Shown: piece after piece, positions 9,872 through 21,630 of the stretch
Position numbering within the stretch: position 1 is the first letter of the stretch
How the letters are laid out: every line of letters begins with the position of its first letter
DNA from: Blastocatellia bacterium
GTDB taxonomy: Bacteria > Acidobacteriota > Blastocatellia > Pyrinomonadales > Pyrinomonadaceae
DNA: 64,000 nt
Assembly (NCBI GenBank): GCA_963698325.1
Contig: CAVOQJ010000010.1
Coordinates: 318,245-382,244 of the forward strand
Direction of reading: 5' to 3'
The notes under the pieces: generated by a model
The model's database searches: none
The model's input: only the letters and a program-made list of their open reading frames with translations
Told to the model about the DNA's origin: nothing
Position numbers and translations under genes: made by a program

Positions 9872-10324
9872 ATGGAAGAAACTAAAGAAACAGACATTTT
9901 GATGTGTAAGACAGATTCTGAATTCATGGTTCTTACTCAAGAGAAGGACTGTCATATTGTTACCCAAGAGCTTGGTATTACACCTGACAGGTTTCATCAG
10001 AAGGGAGAGAAAACTTATTCAAAGTTTTCTCCGAACCCGGGAATTCATCAAAGTGGACTTTGGGCGATCTCCAAGGTTTCTGTCGCTGAGGAAGCTTCTA
10101 TATCTGAACACATAAGACACTTTCAAACGATACTCGGAGACAAATTAGAAGTGATCAAGAGGCTCAAACAACATTACGGCTTTGAGTGTGTGTTTTATGT
10201 CTTGATTCATACTGAAGACGCCGGCGAAGCGTTTGATTTGGATGAAGCGGAGCTAGCTTTTATAAACAAAATTTCTAATCGGTTCACTTGTTCTATCGTG
10301 GCAATTGAGGGGAGTCTAAAGTAG
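9872..10324 (+). CDS. Putative immunity protein of RHS2 (DUF4279-like by recollection)
   Basis: ATG lies 16 nt after the RHS2 stop, and there is no signal peptide. Pattern ELGITPDRFHQKGE...SGLWAIS...ISEHIRHFQTIL...FECVFYVLI resembles DUF4279-type proteins. Not verified. Confidence 0.55.
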   Translation: MEETKETDILMCKTDSEFMVLTQEKDCHIVTQELGITPDRFHQKGEKTYSKFSPNPGIHQSGLWAISKVSVAEEASISEHIRHFQTILGDKLEVIKRLKQHYGFECVFYVLIHTEDAGEAFDLDEAELAFINKISNRFTCSIVAIEGSLK

Positions 10325-10427
10325 CTCCGAGATCCGGCACTACGTTATTCCTGTCTGTTCTGTTCGTATTGTGAGACGTAGGCAGAGACCCAGTTGACGA
10401 TGTGCTCCTGCTGACGGCGCGGGAGCT

Positions 10428-11205
10428 TTGAGACTCGATCGAAGACCTCACGCACCTTGCCGGCTGGTCGGGCTTTTCTTAGCTGCTGACGGTTCTTTGA
10501 CAACTTGCTCTCGCGCGGATGCGGGCGCGGGCTTCAACTACTCGTTCTTAACCTCAAAAGAACGCGACGATGAAACCAAGCTGGATTACTTCCTTGCTCG
10601 ATACTACTCATCGACCCAAGGGCGGTTCACCAGTCCTGATGAGTTCAGCGGTGGTCCGGACGAATATTATGAGTTCCATGATCTGGCTTCGGAGAACCCA
10701 ACCTTCTACGCGGACCTGACCGATCCGCAGTCACTCAACAAATATCAATACTGCTACAACAACCCGCTTCTCTACATCGATCCCGATGGGCATCAGGGCG
10801 TAAGAGAGTGGTTCAGAAACACTCTCAATGGAGCCGCGTCTACAGTTTCGGAAAACAACGGCTTCGGCAGAATGGATGCGCCACAAACCACAACCGGACG
10901 CGCGATTGGTCACGTTATCTCCATCGCACAAGGCGGCGCTGAGATCTATGGTGGTGTTTCGGCGGTAGTAGCCGGGGGTGGGGGAGGCAGTCATAACGGC
11001 CCCGGCGGCTGGCACCGGCGTGGGCGTTCTAGTACCGGCAGCGGGAGTTGCTACCGCCGGTGTAGGCGCTATAGTAACCGTCCATGGGGGTGCCGTCCTT
11101 GTCAACACGGTCACGAACATCTTCAGTAAGAACAATTCGCAACAGAGTTCTGGCGCGAATCAGGCAAAAGAAGGCCGAGCCACCAAAGAAAGACCAATCG
11201 GTTGA
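10428..11205 (+). pseudogene. Orphan RHS C-terminal cassette 2, frameshifted and decayed
   Basis: Core remnant FLTSKERDDETKLDYFLARYYSSTQGRFTSPDE...YNNPLLYIDPDGH. The Gly/Ala-rich hydrophobic stretch continues in another frame (ORF 10978..11205: APAAGTGVGVLVPAAGVATAGVGAIVTVHGGAVLV), implying a frameshift near 10975-10985. Further short fragments follow up to 11361. Confidence 0.7.
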
Positions 11206-11361
11206 AGGAACGCGGGTGCAACGTGAGAATATTGAGAAAGCCCAAAAGGTAAATCGCTAGGCAGGTCGTCCGGACAGGATCAGATCGATAGAAAAGTCCA
11301 AGCAAAACGAAAGAACTGCCCTGAAGAAGATAAAGACCCTGAAAGATGCTGAGGACAAGTA

Positions 11362-12330
11362 ATGATGTACGACAAGCTGACAACGGAAGCGTTAGTCGAG
11401 AAGGCCGAGCAGTTAGAGGAGTCAGGAATGCTTAACGAAGCAATAGAAGTCTGGCGTGTCGCCACTCAGCGTGAGGCAGATCCGGTCATCCTTTGCGAAT
11501 TTGCGAGTTTAGCAATGAAACTGGGGAACTGGTCTGCTGCGGAGGAGGCCCTAATGACAGCAGTTAATCTCACTCCAGAGCTGCCCAACCCACATACTCT
11601 TCTCGGATTCTTATACTTTGAACGGGACATGTTAGAAAAAGCAGTTAGCTGTTTCCAAAAGAGCCTGGCGCTCGAAACAAGCGCCGGTGTCTTCACATCA
11701 TTAGGTGTAGCTCAGCTTGAGCTCGGTTTGACTGAAGATGCGAGAGCAAGTCTGGAGCAAGCAGTAAGAATCGATCCAGATTACGAGGAGGCTTATTACA
11801 ACCTAGGGTTGAGTTATAGGGAGACCGAGCCGTTGAGGGCAATTGATTTATTTGAGAAAGCCATCCACGCCGATCCCGAATACGCGATGGCACATCGAGA
11901 ATTAGGTTGGGCTTTAAGTCAGCTTGATGGAAAGGATGCCGAAGCGGAGTACCACGTTCGAAGAGCCGTCGAACTAAATGATGAGGATGGGTGGGCCCAT
12001 ATTTATCTTGGAAACATTTTCTGGCAAAGAGATGATCTGAGTTCTGCCGAGCAATCTTTTAAGAAGGCTGTTAGAGTCTGGTCAGAGATCGCTGTTCCAT
12101 ACTGGTGTCTCGCACTGTTCTACGAATATCAGGGAAGAAAGGAGGAAGCTGAAAGGCTTTATCAGCAAGGACTCGATCTAGATCCGGACGATCCTCAAGC
12201 AAACAAGCTGTTTGGAATCTACCTGAGGGACATTGGAGAACTGGCAAAGGCTAGAACATATCTGGAGCGGGCGCATGCGCTTGATCCCGAAGACAAGGGT
12301 ATTACCGAAATCTTGGCTAAAGTGAGTTAA
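11362..12330 (+). CDS. TPR-repeat protein (possible immunity/accessory gene of the decayed orphan cassette)
   Basis: 322 aa with repeated TPR-like units (AIEVW..., AVSCFQKSLAL, AYYNLGLSYRE, AMAHRELGWAL, AEQSFKKAVRV, AERLYQQGLDLDP). Its ATG overlaps a preceding stop (TAATG). Confidence 0.75.
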   Translation: MMYDKLTTEALVEKAEQLEESGMLNEAIEVWRVATQREADPVILCEFASLAMKLGNWSAAEEALMTAVNLTPELPNPHTLLGFLYFERDMLEKAVSCFQKSLALETSAGVFTSLGVAQLELGLTEDARASLEQAVRIDPDYEEAYYNLGLSYRETEPLRAIDLFEKAIHADPEYAMAHRELGWALSQLDGKDAEAEYHVRRAVELNDEDGWAHIYLGNIFWQRDDLSSAEQSFKKAVRVWSEIAVPYWCLALFYEYQGRKEEAERLYQQGLDLDPDDPQANKLFGIYLRDIGELAKARTYLERAHALDPEDKGITEILAKVS

Positions 12331-12431
12331 GTACCCCAAACCGACCGCGGCGGCTGGTGGAATGCGTGACAACGGACACGTGACAACGGACACGTTGACA
12401 CTCGCCGGCCAGCAAGTTAGTCTGTTACCCC

Positions 12432-13388
12432 GTGAATCGCACGGGAACAAATCCTCCTCCTAATCCCAAAACAAAAGCTGTCGCAATCATCCCCGCTCGC
12501 TACGAGTCTGTTCGTCTGCCGGGCAAAGCACTGCTGGAAATCGCCGGAAAGCCCATGATTTGCTGGGTTGTGGAGCGCGCGCTGGCCGCCCGAAATGTCG
12601 CGCGCGCAATCGTGGCGACGGATGACGAGCGAATAGTCGCGGCAGTGAAATCTGCCGGTTATGAAGTGGTGCTGACTCGCCGGGATCATCGCAGCGGTAC
12701 GGATCGGATTGCCGAAGTCGCAGCTTCAATCAAAGATGCCGACATCATTGTCAACGTGCAAGGTGACGAGCCTTTGATTTCGCCGTCGACGATCGAGCAA
12801 GCGGTGGAGGCCATGGGGGAAAAGGAGAACGCGGGAAGAGGGGAACTGGGAAACGGGGAAAAAGGGGAAGGGGGAAAGGGTAAGGGGGAAGACGCGGAGA
12901 CGTGGAGACGCGGCGACGCGGGGAACCACACCAGTGATGGGAGTGAGGTAGGGATTGTTACGACTTGGGAGCCGATGGAGTCGGTGGCCGATGTTTTGAA
13001 CCCGGACGTAGTGAAAGTTGTCGTAGACGAAAGCGAACGCGCACTGTATTTCTCACGTCTGCCTGTGCCTTTCCCCCGTGATGCGGTGCGAAGGTACGGC
13101 AGCCTGGACGCAGCGTTAAGTAATGAACCTTCACTGTTGTCCAGTTTTCGCAAGCATACCGGGCTATATGTTTACCGGCGCGAGGTGTTGCTCGAGTTTG
13201 CGGGGTGGCCGCAGTCGGAGTTGGAGCGATTGGAGTCGCTCGAACAACTGCGAGCGTTGGAACATGGTGTGAAGATCAAAGCAATCAAGGCCAGCACGTC
13301 GTCGATTGGCGTGGACACGATGGAGGATTTGGAACGGGTACGTTCGATTGTTGAGGAAGAGAATTGCAGTTTAGAGTTCAAGCTTTAG
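12432..13388 (+). CDS. kdsB: 3-deoxy-manno-octulosonate cytidylyltransferase (CMP-KDO synthetase) with a ~44-aa low-complexity insertion
   Basis: AIIPARYESVRLPGKALLEIAGKPMICWVVERA, GTDRIAEVA, IVNVQGDEPLI, VKVVVDESERALYFSRLPVPFPRD, LEQLRALEHG and GVDTMEDLERVR are collinear with E. coli KdsB. Confidence 0.9.
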   Translation: MNRTGTNPPPNPKTKAVAIIPARYESVRLPGKALLEIAGKPMICWVVERALAARNVARAIVATDDERIVAAVKSAGYEVVLTRRDHRSGTDRIAEVAASIKDADIIVNVQGDEPLISPSTIEQAVEAMGEKENAGRGELGNGEKGEGGKGKGEDAETWRRGDAGNHTSDGSEVGIVTTWEPMESVADVLNPDVVKVVVDESERALYFSRLPVPFPRDAVRRYGSLDAALSNEPSLLSSFRKHTGLYVYRREVLLEFAGWPQSELERLESLEQLRALEHGVKIKAIKASTSSIGVDTMEDLERVRSIVEEENCSLEFKL

Positions 13389-13444
13389 CTTGGGTCTTCG
13401 CTGCGTCAGCAACCCAAAGGTTGAACTCTGAACCACTTGATTTT

Positions 13445-13798
13445 ATGAACGACTGGATTGGATTAGCGATAATTGGCTTCATTGTTTTGTGTGCCCTGCT
13501 CGCGCTATGGCGGCTTTCCAAACCTTACGAAGTCAGCGTGGAGGAGTTTGAGAAGCGCGCCGCTGAGGCGCCGAGCTTGTTGAGCGCCGGCTTTGTCGGC
13601 CTGCAAAAGATTCTCGATCCGGCAACAGCGAAGGCTGTGGACGCGCAGGAGGATCTCAAGCAAGGGCGCTTTGACAGCGAGCAGGCGAAGGGCGACGGAG
13701 ATGAGGCGGGGGCAGACGGCAGGAGGCAGGAGCAGCAGGCAGGCGCAGACTGCAGGAGCAGGAGGCCGACGGCAGGAGGCAGGAGCAGCAGGCCCTAG
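13445..13798 (+). CDS. Small membrane protein, hypothetical (low-complexity C-terminus)
   Basis: MNDWIGLAIIGFIVLCALLALW is a TM helix. The C-terminus is encoded by reiterated GCAGGAGGCAGGAGCAGCAGGC words, so the true stop is uncertain. Confidence 0.4.
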   Translation: MNDWIGLAIIGFIVLCALLALWRLSKPYEVSVEEFEKRAAEAPSLLSAGFVGLQKILDPATAKAVDAQEDLKQGRFDSEQAKGDGDEAGADGRRQEQQAGADCRSRRPTAGGRSSRP

Positions 13799-15583
<1,785 letters not shown>

Positions 15584-15651
15584 AGTGGTCCGATAAACTT
15601 TCCGAACCTCTGGTCAATGTGAGTCTTAAGGTTCGGTCTTGAGTGCTGACG

Positions 15652-15795
15652 AACCAGCGGGGGCAAGCCCACCTTCCCGACCTGGAGACTCTCTGATGAG
15701 TTCGGTAGATCCACGTTGAAAGCCTTTCAAGCAGAAATCACGACTGAATTCTGATCAGCTCGTGGTCGGGAAGGCGGGCTTGCCCCCGCTGGTTA
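15652..15795. repeat. Hairpin element, family A (GCGGGGGCAAGCC...CCTTCC arms)
   Basis: AACCAGCGGGGGCAAGCCCACCTTCCCGACC (15652-15682) is the reverse complement of GGTCGGGAAGGCGGGCTTGCCCCCGCTGGTT (15765-15795) with one mismatch. Lies 3' of pyrG. Confidence 0.8.
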
Positions 15796-15802
15796 GCTGG
15801 CG

Positions 15803-15872
15803 CTCTGTGGTGAGTGATTGTTGAGCGTTTATTTACCACGGAGACACAGAGAACACAGAGGTTGCACAGAGG
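15803..15872. repeat. Hairpin element, family B (CACAGAG words), short copy
   Basis: CTCTGTGGTGAGTG...TTTACCACGGAGACACAGAGAACACAGAGGTTGCACAGAGGAG. The right arm closely matches the copies at 41181-41225 and 48439-48484. Confidence 0.75.
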
Positions 15873-15961
15873 AGATGTCAAGCTAAGACACTACCCTCGC
15901 TCGCTACCGCTTGCGGTTCGTTTAGGTAATAATGCTATCAACTCAGTTTATCGGGTTTCAT

Positions 15962-17467
15962 ATGCTTCATTGCCCTACATGCGGCCGGCATTATTCAGCC
16001 GCCTTCGCGATTTGCCCGGATGATCAATCGCCGTTGCAGGCTGATGCCACGGCCGGTGGGCCTTCTCTGGTTGACCCGCTCGTGGGGCACACGCTTGACG
16101 ACAAGTATCACCTCGAGGCACGCCTGGGTATTGGTGGCATGGGCACGGTCTATCGCGCGCGGCATTTACTAATTGATCGGCCGGTAGCTGTAAAAGTTTT
16201 GAACCAGCGCTTCGTCGAAGACGAGGCTGCGCGCACGAGGTTTCGTCGCGAAGCCAGAGCGGCTGGACGGTTGCAACATACGAATGCTGTTACAGTCACT
16301 GACTTTGGCGAATCACATGATGGCTACGTTTATCTGGTAATGGAGTTGCTTGAGGGCCGCACGCTTCGCGATGTGCTGGCCAAAGAAGCGCCGCTCGACG
16401 CGGCACGATCAGTTTCATTGATGTTGCAGATTTCCGCCGCGGTGGGCGCAGCACATGAAGCAGGCATCATTCACCGCGATTTGAAACCGGCCAACATATT
16501 CATCGTCCAGCGTGCGGAGGTTCCGGCACTCGTGAAGGTTTTGGATTTCGGCATTGCAAAACTGGCTGCCGACTCACTCGACGAAGACGAGCCGATGACA
16601 TTAACTCAAGTTGGGACCATGATTGGCACCCCACGCTACATGGCGCCTGAACAGTGTGACGGAGCGGTGTTGACTCCGGCTGCCGACGTTTACAGTCTCG
16701 GCGTCATTCTTTATGAAATGCTCACGGGCACAGTCCCTTTCAGCGGCTCTACCCCATTGGCAATCGCGATGAAGCACACGTCGGAGATTCCGCGCAATCC
16801 GCGGGACCTTGTTTCGTCGATTCCGCCGGCATTGGAGCAAATCGTACTCCACACGTTGGAAAAGCGTCCGCATGATCGACCGGCCGATGCGGAGGAGTTT
16901 CGGAGAGAATTACTGGAGACGGCAGAGCGGCTTGGGCTCGAACACGCGGCCGTTACCAGTTCGCCCAATCTGAAAGCCCTGCGCGACGTTGGCACTGAAT
17001 CGCCATCCGGCCGTCTGGTGATAGACATCTCACGCTTGCGGGAAAGCCGCGCCACAAACTCTGGCGCGACTGAAATAACAGTTATCGGTTCTTCATCGGT
17101 CCGCGGCAATGAAACAGATGGCTCCGGGCGCGCTGTCAAAAAGACCAGTTCCTTCCCCAGAGTGTCTGTACCGCTTAACGTTACGGAGAAGTCAAAAAAA
17201 CAAATCGGAATGATCGCCGCCGTAGTACTAGCCGCAGCACTCTTGATCGGCATAACATTCACGCTGAGATCTCGGAACGCAGCTGTCACAACCGACCCCG
17301 TCGTCGCGGCCAGCCCAAGTCCCTCGGTAGAGCCAAGCCCGTCGCCAACGCTCGCACAAACGCCAAAGCCCCCGGAAAGAAAGCCGGCTGTTAAGCCGAA
17401 GGAGGAGGACCCAAAGAAGCGTTCGCTATTGAACAAGGTCAAGCGGATATTGAAGAAACCATTTTAG
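15962..17467 (+). CDS. Hanks-type Ser/Thr protein kinase with N-terminal Cys motif, one TM helix and a Pro/Lys-rich tail
   Basis: [42 protein letters not shown]-terminus reads [11 protein letters not shown]...CPDD. TM helix is [19 protein letters not shown]. Confidence 0.9.
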   Translation: MLHCPTCGRHYSAAFAICPDDQSPLQADATAGGPSLVDPLVGHTLDDKYHLEARLGIGGMGTVYRARHLLIDRPVAVKVLNQRFVEDEAARTRFRREARAAGRLQHTNAVTVTDFGESHDGYVYLVMELLEGRTLRDVLAKEAPLDAARSVSLMLQISAAVGAAHEAGIIHRDLKPANIFIVQRAEVPALVKVLDFGIAKLAADSLDEDEPMTLTQVGTMIGTPRYMAPEQCDGAVLTPAADVYSLGVILYEMLTGTVPFSGSTPLAIAMKHTSEIPRNPRDLVSSIPPALEQIVLHTLEKRPHDRPADAEEFRRELLETAERLGLEHAAVTSSPNLKALRDVGTESPSGRLVIDISRLRESRATNSGATEITVIGSSSVRGNETDGSGRAVKKTSSFPRVSVPLNVTEKSKKQIGMIAAVVLAAALLIGITFTLRSRNAAVTTDPVVAASPSPSVEPSPSPTLAQTPKPPERKPAVKPKEEDPKKRSLLNKVKRILKKPF

Positions 17468-17481
17468 AACCGGAAAGTCTC

Positions 17482-18333
17482 ATGACGGACGTTCAGGTAA
17501 AACCTTTTCAAGTTGGTAATGTGACATTCGGTGACGGCCGCTTGACCATCATCGCCGGCGCTTGTGTTATCGAATCACGCGAACATGCATTGATGATGGC
17601 CCGCGAGTGCGCAGCGCGCGCGCGCGCGGCCGGATTGGGTTTCGTTTACAAGTCATCATTCGACAAAGCCAACCGCTCGTCGCTGAAAAGTTTTCGCGGG
17701 CTGGGAATGGAAGAAGGACTTCGTGTCTTGAGCGAGGTGAAGGAGGAAATTGGCGTTCCCATCCTTACCGACGTTCACGAGGTAGCGCAGGTCGGCCCCG
17801 TGGCTGAGGTCGCTGACATCCTGCAAATTCCCGCTTTTCTTTCGCGGCAGACGGACCTGGTTCTCGCAGCCGCGCGCTCGGGCCGGTCCGTCAACATTAA
17901 GAAGGGGCAGTTTCTGGCTCCTCAGGATGCGCGCAACATTGTGGATAAGGCGCGGGCGGTTGGCTGTGAAAAACTAATGCTCACGGAACGCGGCGTAAGT
18001 TTTGGTTACAATAATCTCGTCGTGGACATGCGATCGTTTCCGATCATGCGTGAGTTTGGCGTGCCCATAGTGTTTGATGTGACGCATTCGCTGCAACTTC
18101 CGGGGGGCCTCGGGCATGCAACCGGGGGGCAATCGGAATACATCGAACCGCTCGCGCGCGCCGGTGTTGCCTGCGGAGTCGATGCGGTTTTCATGGAAGT
18201 GCACGAGTGTCCGGAACGTGCTCCTTCAGACGGGCCAAATGCACTTCCGCTGGAACGAATGGAAGCATTACTGCTAATACTCCGCGACATTCATAGACTT
18301 GTGAACAATGATTCGGCCGGAGCGTTCGCGTAA
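17482..18333 (+). CDS. kdsA: 2-dehydro-3-deoxyphosphooctonate aldolase (KDO-8-P synthase)
   Basis: [92 protein letters not shown]. Confidence 0.93.
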   Translation: MTDVQVKPFQVGNVTFGDGRLTIIAGACVIESREHALMMARECAARARAAGLGFVYKSSFDKANRSSLKSFRGLGMEEGLRVLSEVKEEIGVPILTDVHEVAQVGPVAEVADILQIPAFLSRQTDLVLAAARSGRSVNIKKGQFLAPQDARNIVDKARAVGCEKLMLTERGVSFGYNNLVVDMRSFPIMREFGVPIVFDVTHSLQLPGGLGHATGGQSEYIEPLARAGVACGVDAVFMEVHECPERAPSDGPNALPLERMEALLLILRDIHRLVNNDSAGAFA

Positions 18334-18435
18334 TCCGACTTGTCGGGGGAAGATCACTTGGCGGGAGAAGGCATCCATAGCCCCGTTCGCGTGCGACCTG
18401 CTGCTTAACTTACGAACGATCGATCTTATTCGCAC

Positions 18436-20737
18436 ATGAAGAGAATTCTCGCCACTATTCTTATAACAATCGCACTCAGTCTTATCTCGTCAATGGCAGC
18501 GGCACAGGATGAAGCCAGAGCTGCCTGGCAAGTGACGAACTTTGACATTACGGCAAACGTTCAACAAGCGGAGCGAACTCTCAACGGGACCGCCATACTT
18601 AACGCCACCAACGTAGGTCGTGGCACCGGATCCTCCTTCACGTTTCGCATCGCCAATAAAGCGTCCATAAAGGCGGTGACGGTCGGCGGCGCCAACGCCA
18701 ACTTTCGGATGATCCCCGAAACCTACGGGAATGTGCAGCGGGTAACCGTTACGCTTCCGAATGCAGTCGCTGCCGGGGGGCCGTTGGTCCTAAATATCAG
18801 TTACACCTTGCCCGTTGAAAGCAATACCGGGCTCGCGGCGATTTCGCCCATCAGCTCACAGTTTTTACCGCTCTCCTTCTGGTATCCGCTGCCTAATACT
18901 CCGTTTACCGCGCGCGGCGCCGACACCGCGCCTTTTCGTTTGGTTATTAATGGCGCGAATGTGATTAGCTCAGGCGTCGACAAGGGCGGTCAGAGCGGCT
19001 CCAGTGCTTACGAACAAGCGCTCTTCGCGCAGCCATTTTTTGTGCAGGGAGACTGGGACAAGTTTGAAGGGACCGGTGACAGTAAAAACATTACCGCATT
19101 CCTGCCGCGCGGCGCGACTGCCGAAGAGAAGAAGCAAGCCGAAGCGATAGTCCACCTGGCGGCAAGTGCTCGAACTTTTTATGCCAACCTGCTTGGTCCT
19201 GCGCCGGAAGTTCCGATTCGGTTAGTTGCAGTGCGGCGTGGCGCAGGTTTTAGCGATGCCGGGACAATACTCATCGAGCCTGGTGTCTTCCGTAGAGCGA
19301 AGGTGGACTCTGGAACAGCGTTGCTGATTACGGAAGCGATTTCTCGTCTGTGGCTTGGAGGGCAAACTGCGGTGAGAGGCGAGGGCGGCGGGCTCTTGCG
19401 CGAGGCTCTACCGCGCTTTCTGGCGGTGCTGTTCATCGAAAAGCAATTTGGCCGCGCGGCCGCGCAGGCAGAAATGCTACGAGAGCGCCTTGCCTATAGC
19501 GCAATAGCCAGGAAAGACGCGCCGCTCGCTCGCGTGACTCCGTTGGATGGCACATATTTTAATTCCGTGCCCAACAAGGGCGCGATGGTCTGGCGGCTAA
19601 TTGATGAAACTCTTGGTCACGAGAGTTTCGCGGCCACGCTGCGCGATCTGTTGCAGGCCGGGAAGGGAAATCCCAACGGTATTAACCTCGCCGCCCTGCG
19701 CAAGGCTTTAGCCGACCGCGGTGGTGAGAGGATAAAGACCCTTTTCGATCAGCAGTTGGATCAGGTTACTGATTTGGATCTCATGATTGGTATGCCGCAA
19801 CAACGAGGTAGTGAGTGGGTTGCTGCTCTGAGAAATCTTGGATCGACGGATGCGGTAACCAAGGTCAGAGCCACTACCGCTAACGGCGAACAGCTTTCGA
19901 TTGATGTTACAGTGCCGGCACGCAACTTCGGCGAAGCGGTGTTCAAGACCGCCGCGAAAATTGTTCGCCTTGAAATTGATCCTGAAAAACTCTACCCGCA
20001 GTTGGATTATTCAAACGACAGCGTGCCGCGCACGCCTGATCTGCAAGAGGCATTAGGTAACGCGACTCGGCAATTTGGCGCCCAGGATTACGTTAAGGCT
20101 GAGACGATCGCACGCGAGGTATTGGCCGTTGCTCCCAACCTGCAGGAAGCGCGCATCATTCTCGCGCGAGCATTGCTTGGCCAGAACAAAATCGATGAAG
20201 CAGAAAAGCTTTTCCGGTCTGCGCTTGAGGAACCGCTTCCGACCTCCGCGGCGCTTGCCTGGGCCAATATCGGGCTCGGCGAGATTCAGCTCGAGGAAAG
20301 GGCAGGCTGCGGAAGCAGCGAAGCGATTCAATGATGCCGTCCGTGCGGACGCCGAATATGCTTCATCGCTGACAGCTCGAGCCGGTCGCATCAAGGCGGA
20401 GACAGTGGCCAATACCTTGCAGGTGGACGAAACCGTTCGAGCTTTTATTGGGCAATTGGATCAGGCCATCACCAGTGGTAAGAAGGTTGAGCTCGACTCG
20501 CGCATTGTCTCGGGGGAACTTGTCAGGTTCATCAATGGCGTCATCGGCACGCAACCTGAGATCTGGCAAAGTCGAGTCTTGCGGACAGAACAGTTGGACG
20601 CAAATCTGGTAGCCGCCGACGTCAGTCTCAATACGAAAGAATTGGGACGGGAGCGTTCGGGCACGGCTGTTTTGATTCTGGCGCGCGTGGCCGGCGGCTG
20701 GAAGCTTCTCGGCATAGATCTTTTTGAAGTGAATTAG
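18436..20737 (+). pseudogene. Secreted M1-aminopeptidase-like protein with degenerate zinc site and TPR tail; apparent frameshift near 20294-20303
   Basis: Signal peptide MKRILATILITIALSLISSMAAAQ. LITEAISRLWLGG sits where HExxHxW is expected, and LREALPRFLA where NEG(F/W) is expected. The TPR helix ANIGLGEIQLE continues as KGQAAEAAKRFNDAV in ORF 20075..20737. Confidence 0.6.
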
Positions 20738-20792
20738 GAGGACAGGCATGCCTGTCTGTCCGGCGATCGTGTTGAGAAAAACAGGTAGAGCA

Positions 20793-20891
20793 GATTTTCC
20801 ATTTATCATTTAACATTTTTCATTTGTCATTAGTGGATTTCCGACCGCGCTTCAATGAAAAATGACAACTGAAAAATGATAAATGGAAAAT
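20793..20891. repeat. Hairpin element, family C (TTTCCAT/TTTCATT words)
   Basis: GATTTTCCATTTATCATTTAACATTTTTCATTTGTCATT pairs with AATGAAAAATGACAACTGAAAAATGATAAATGGAAAATC. The left arm is near-identical to 21511-21546. Confidence 0.8.
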
Positions 20892-20928
20892 CTTCCGAAC
20901 GCGACCTTGAGTTTCCAGTCCGAAGGTT

Positions 20929-21462
20929 ATGGAAGACATTGCCTCAATTGAGCGACGCGCATCACACATCAAGCTGCTCCTGATGGATTGTGACGGCGTG
21001 CTTACGGATGGACGGTTGTGGCTGCTGGATGACGGTGACGAACATAAGAGCTTCAACACCCATGATGGATTAGGTTTGAGCCTGCTGCATCGCGCCGGTT
21101 TCAAGTCGGGAATTCTCAGCGGCCGGTTTTCGCAGGCTGTCATTCGGCGGGCACAGGAATTGGGAATAGAGTTCGTGCGCCAGGGTGATCCCGACAAGAT
21201 GGAAGCGTTTCAAGAAGTGTTACGGCAAGCGGGCGTTGATGAAAATGAAGTGGCCTTCGTCGGCGACGATCTCACAGATATTCCGATTATGCAGCGTGCT
21301 GAATTGGCTGTGGCGGTAGCGGATGCCGTCGCGGAGACGCGTTCGGTAGCGCATTACGTGACTCAGGCTAAAGGTGGTCGCGGCGCTGTGCGCGAAGTTG
21401 TCGAAATAATTTTAAAATCGCAGGGACGCTGGAATGATCTGCTAGACGAGTATCTGAAATAA
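20929..21462 (+). CDS. kdsC: KDO-8-phosphate phosphatase (HAD family)
   Basis: IKLLLMDCDGVLTDGRL, FNTHDGLGL, GILSGR, VAFVGDDLTDIPIM, VAVADA, GGRGAVREV; collinear with E. coli KdsC. Confidence 0.88.
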   Translation: MEDIASIERRASHIKLLLMDCDGVLTDGRLWLLDDGDEHKSFNTHDGLGLSLLHRAGFKSGILSGRFSQAVIRRAQELGIEFVRQGDPDKMEAFQEVLRQAGVDENEVAFVGDDLTDIPIMQRAELAVAVADAVAETRSVAHYVTQAKGGRGAVREVVEIILKSQGRWNDLLDEYLK

Positions 21463-21510
21463 GTGAGCGGTGAGCAGTGAGCAGTGGGCAGTGAGCGGCA
21501 GCTTAGTCCG

Positions 21511-21630
21511 AAGATTTTCCATATATCATTTAACATTTTTCATTTGCCCTCTAGTTGACGATCAACGCGTGGTGGATAGCGAATCCCGGTTGAGTGACCA
21601 ATGGAAAATGAGAAATGAGAAATGGAAAAT
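21511..21630. repeat. Hairpin element, family C, second copy; right arm interrupted by the IS
   Basis: GATTTTCCATATATCATTTAACATTTTTCATTTGCC ... CCAATGGAAAATGAGAAATGAGAAATGGAAAAT, then the IS, then GGAAAATC at 22965-22972. Confidence 0.75.

Noticed and set aside
10330-10450. Minus-strand fragment …GKVREVFDRVSKLPRRQQEHIVNWVSAYVSQYEQNRQE*, resembling the tail of an HTH/XRE-type regulator.
   Set aside because: Only ~38 codons are present with no start. The similarity is from memory and weak.
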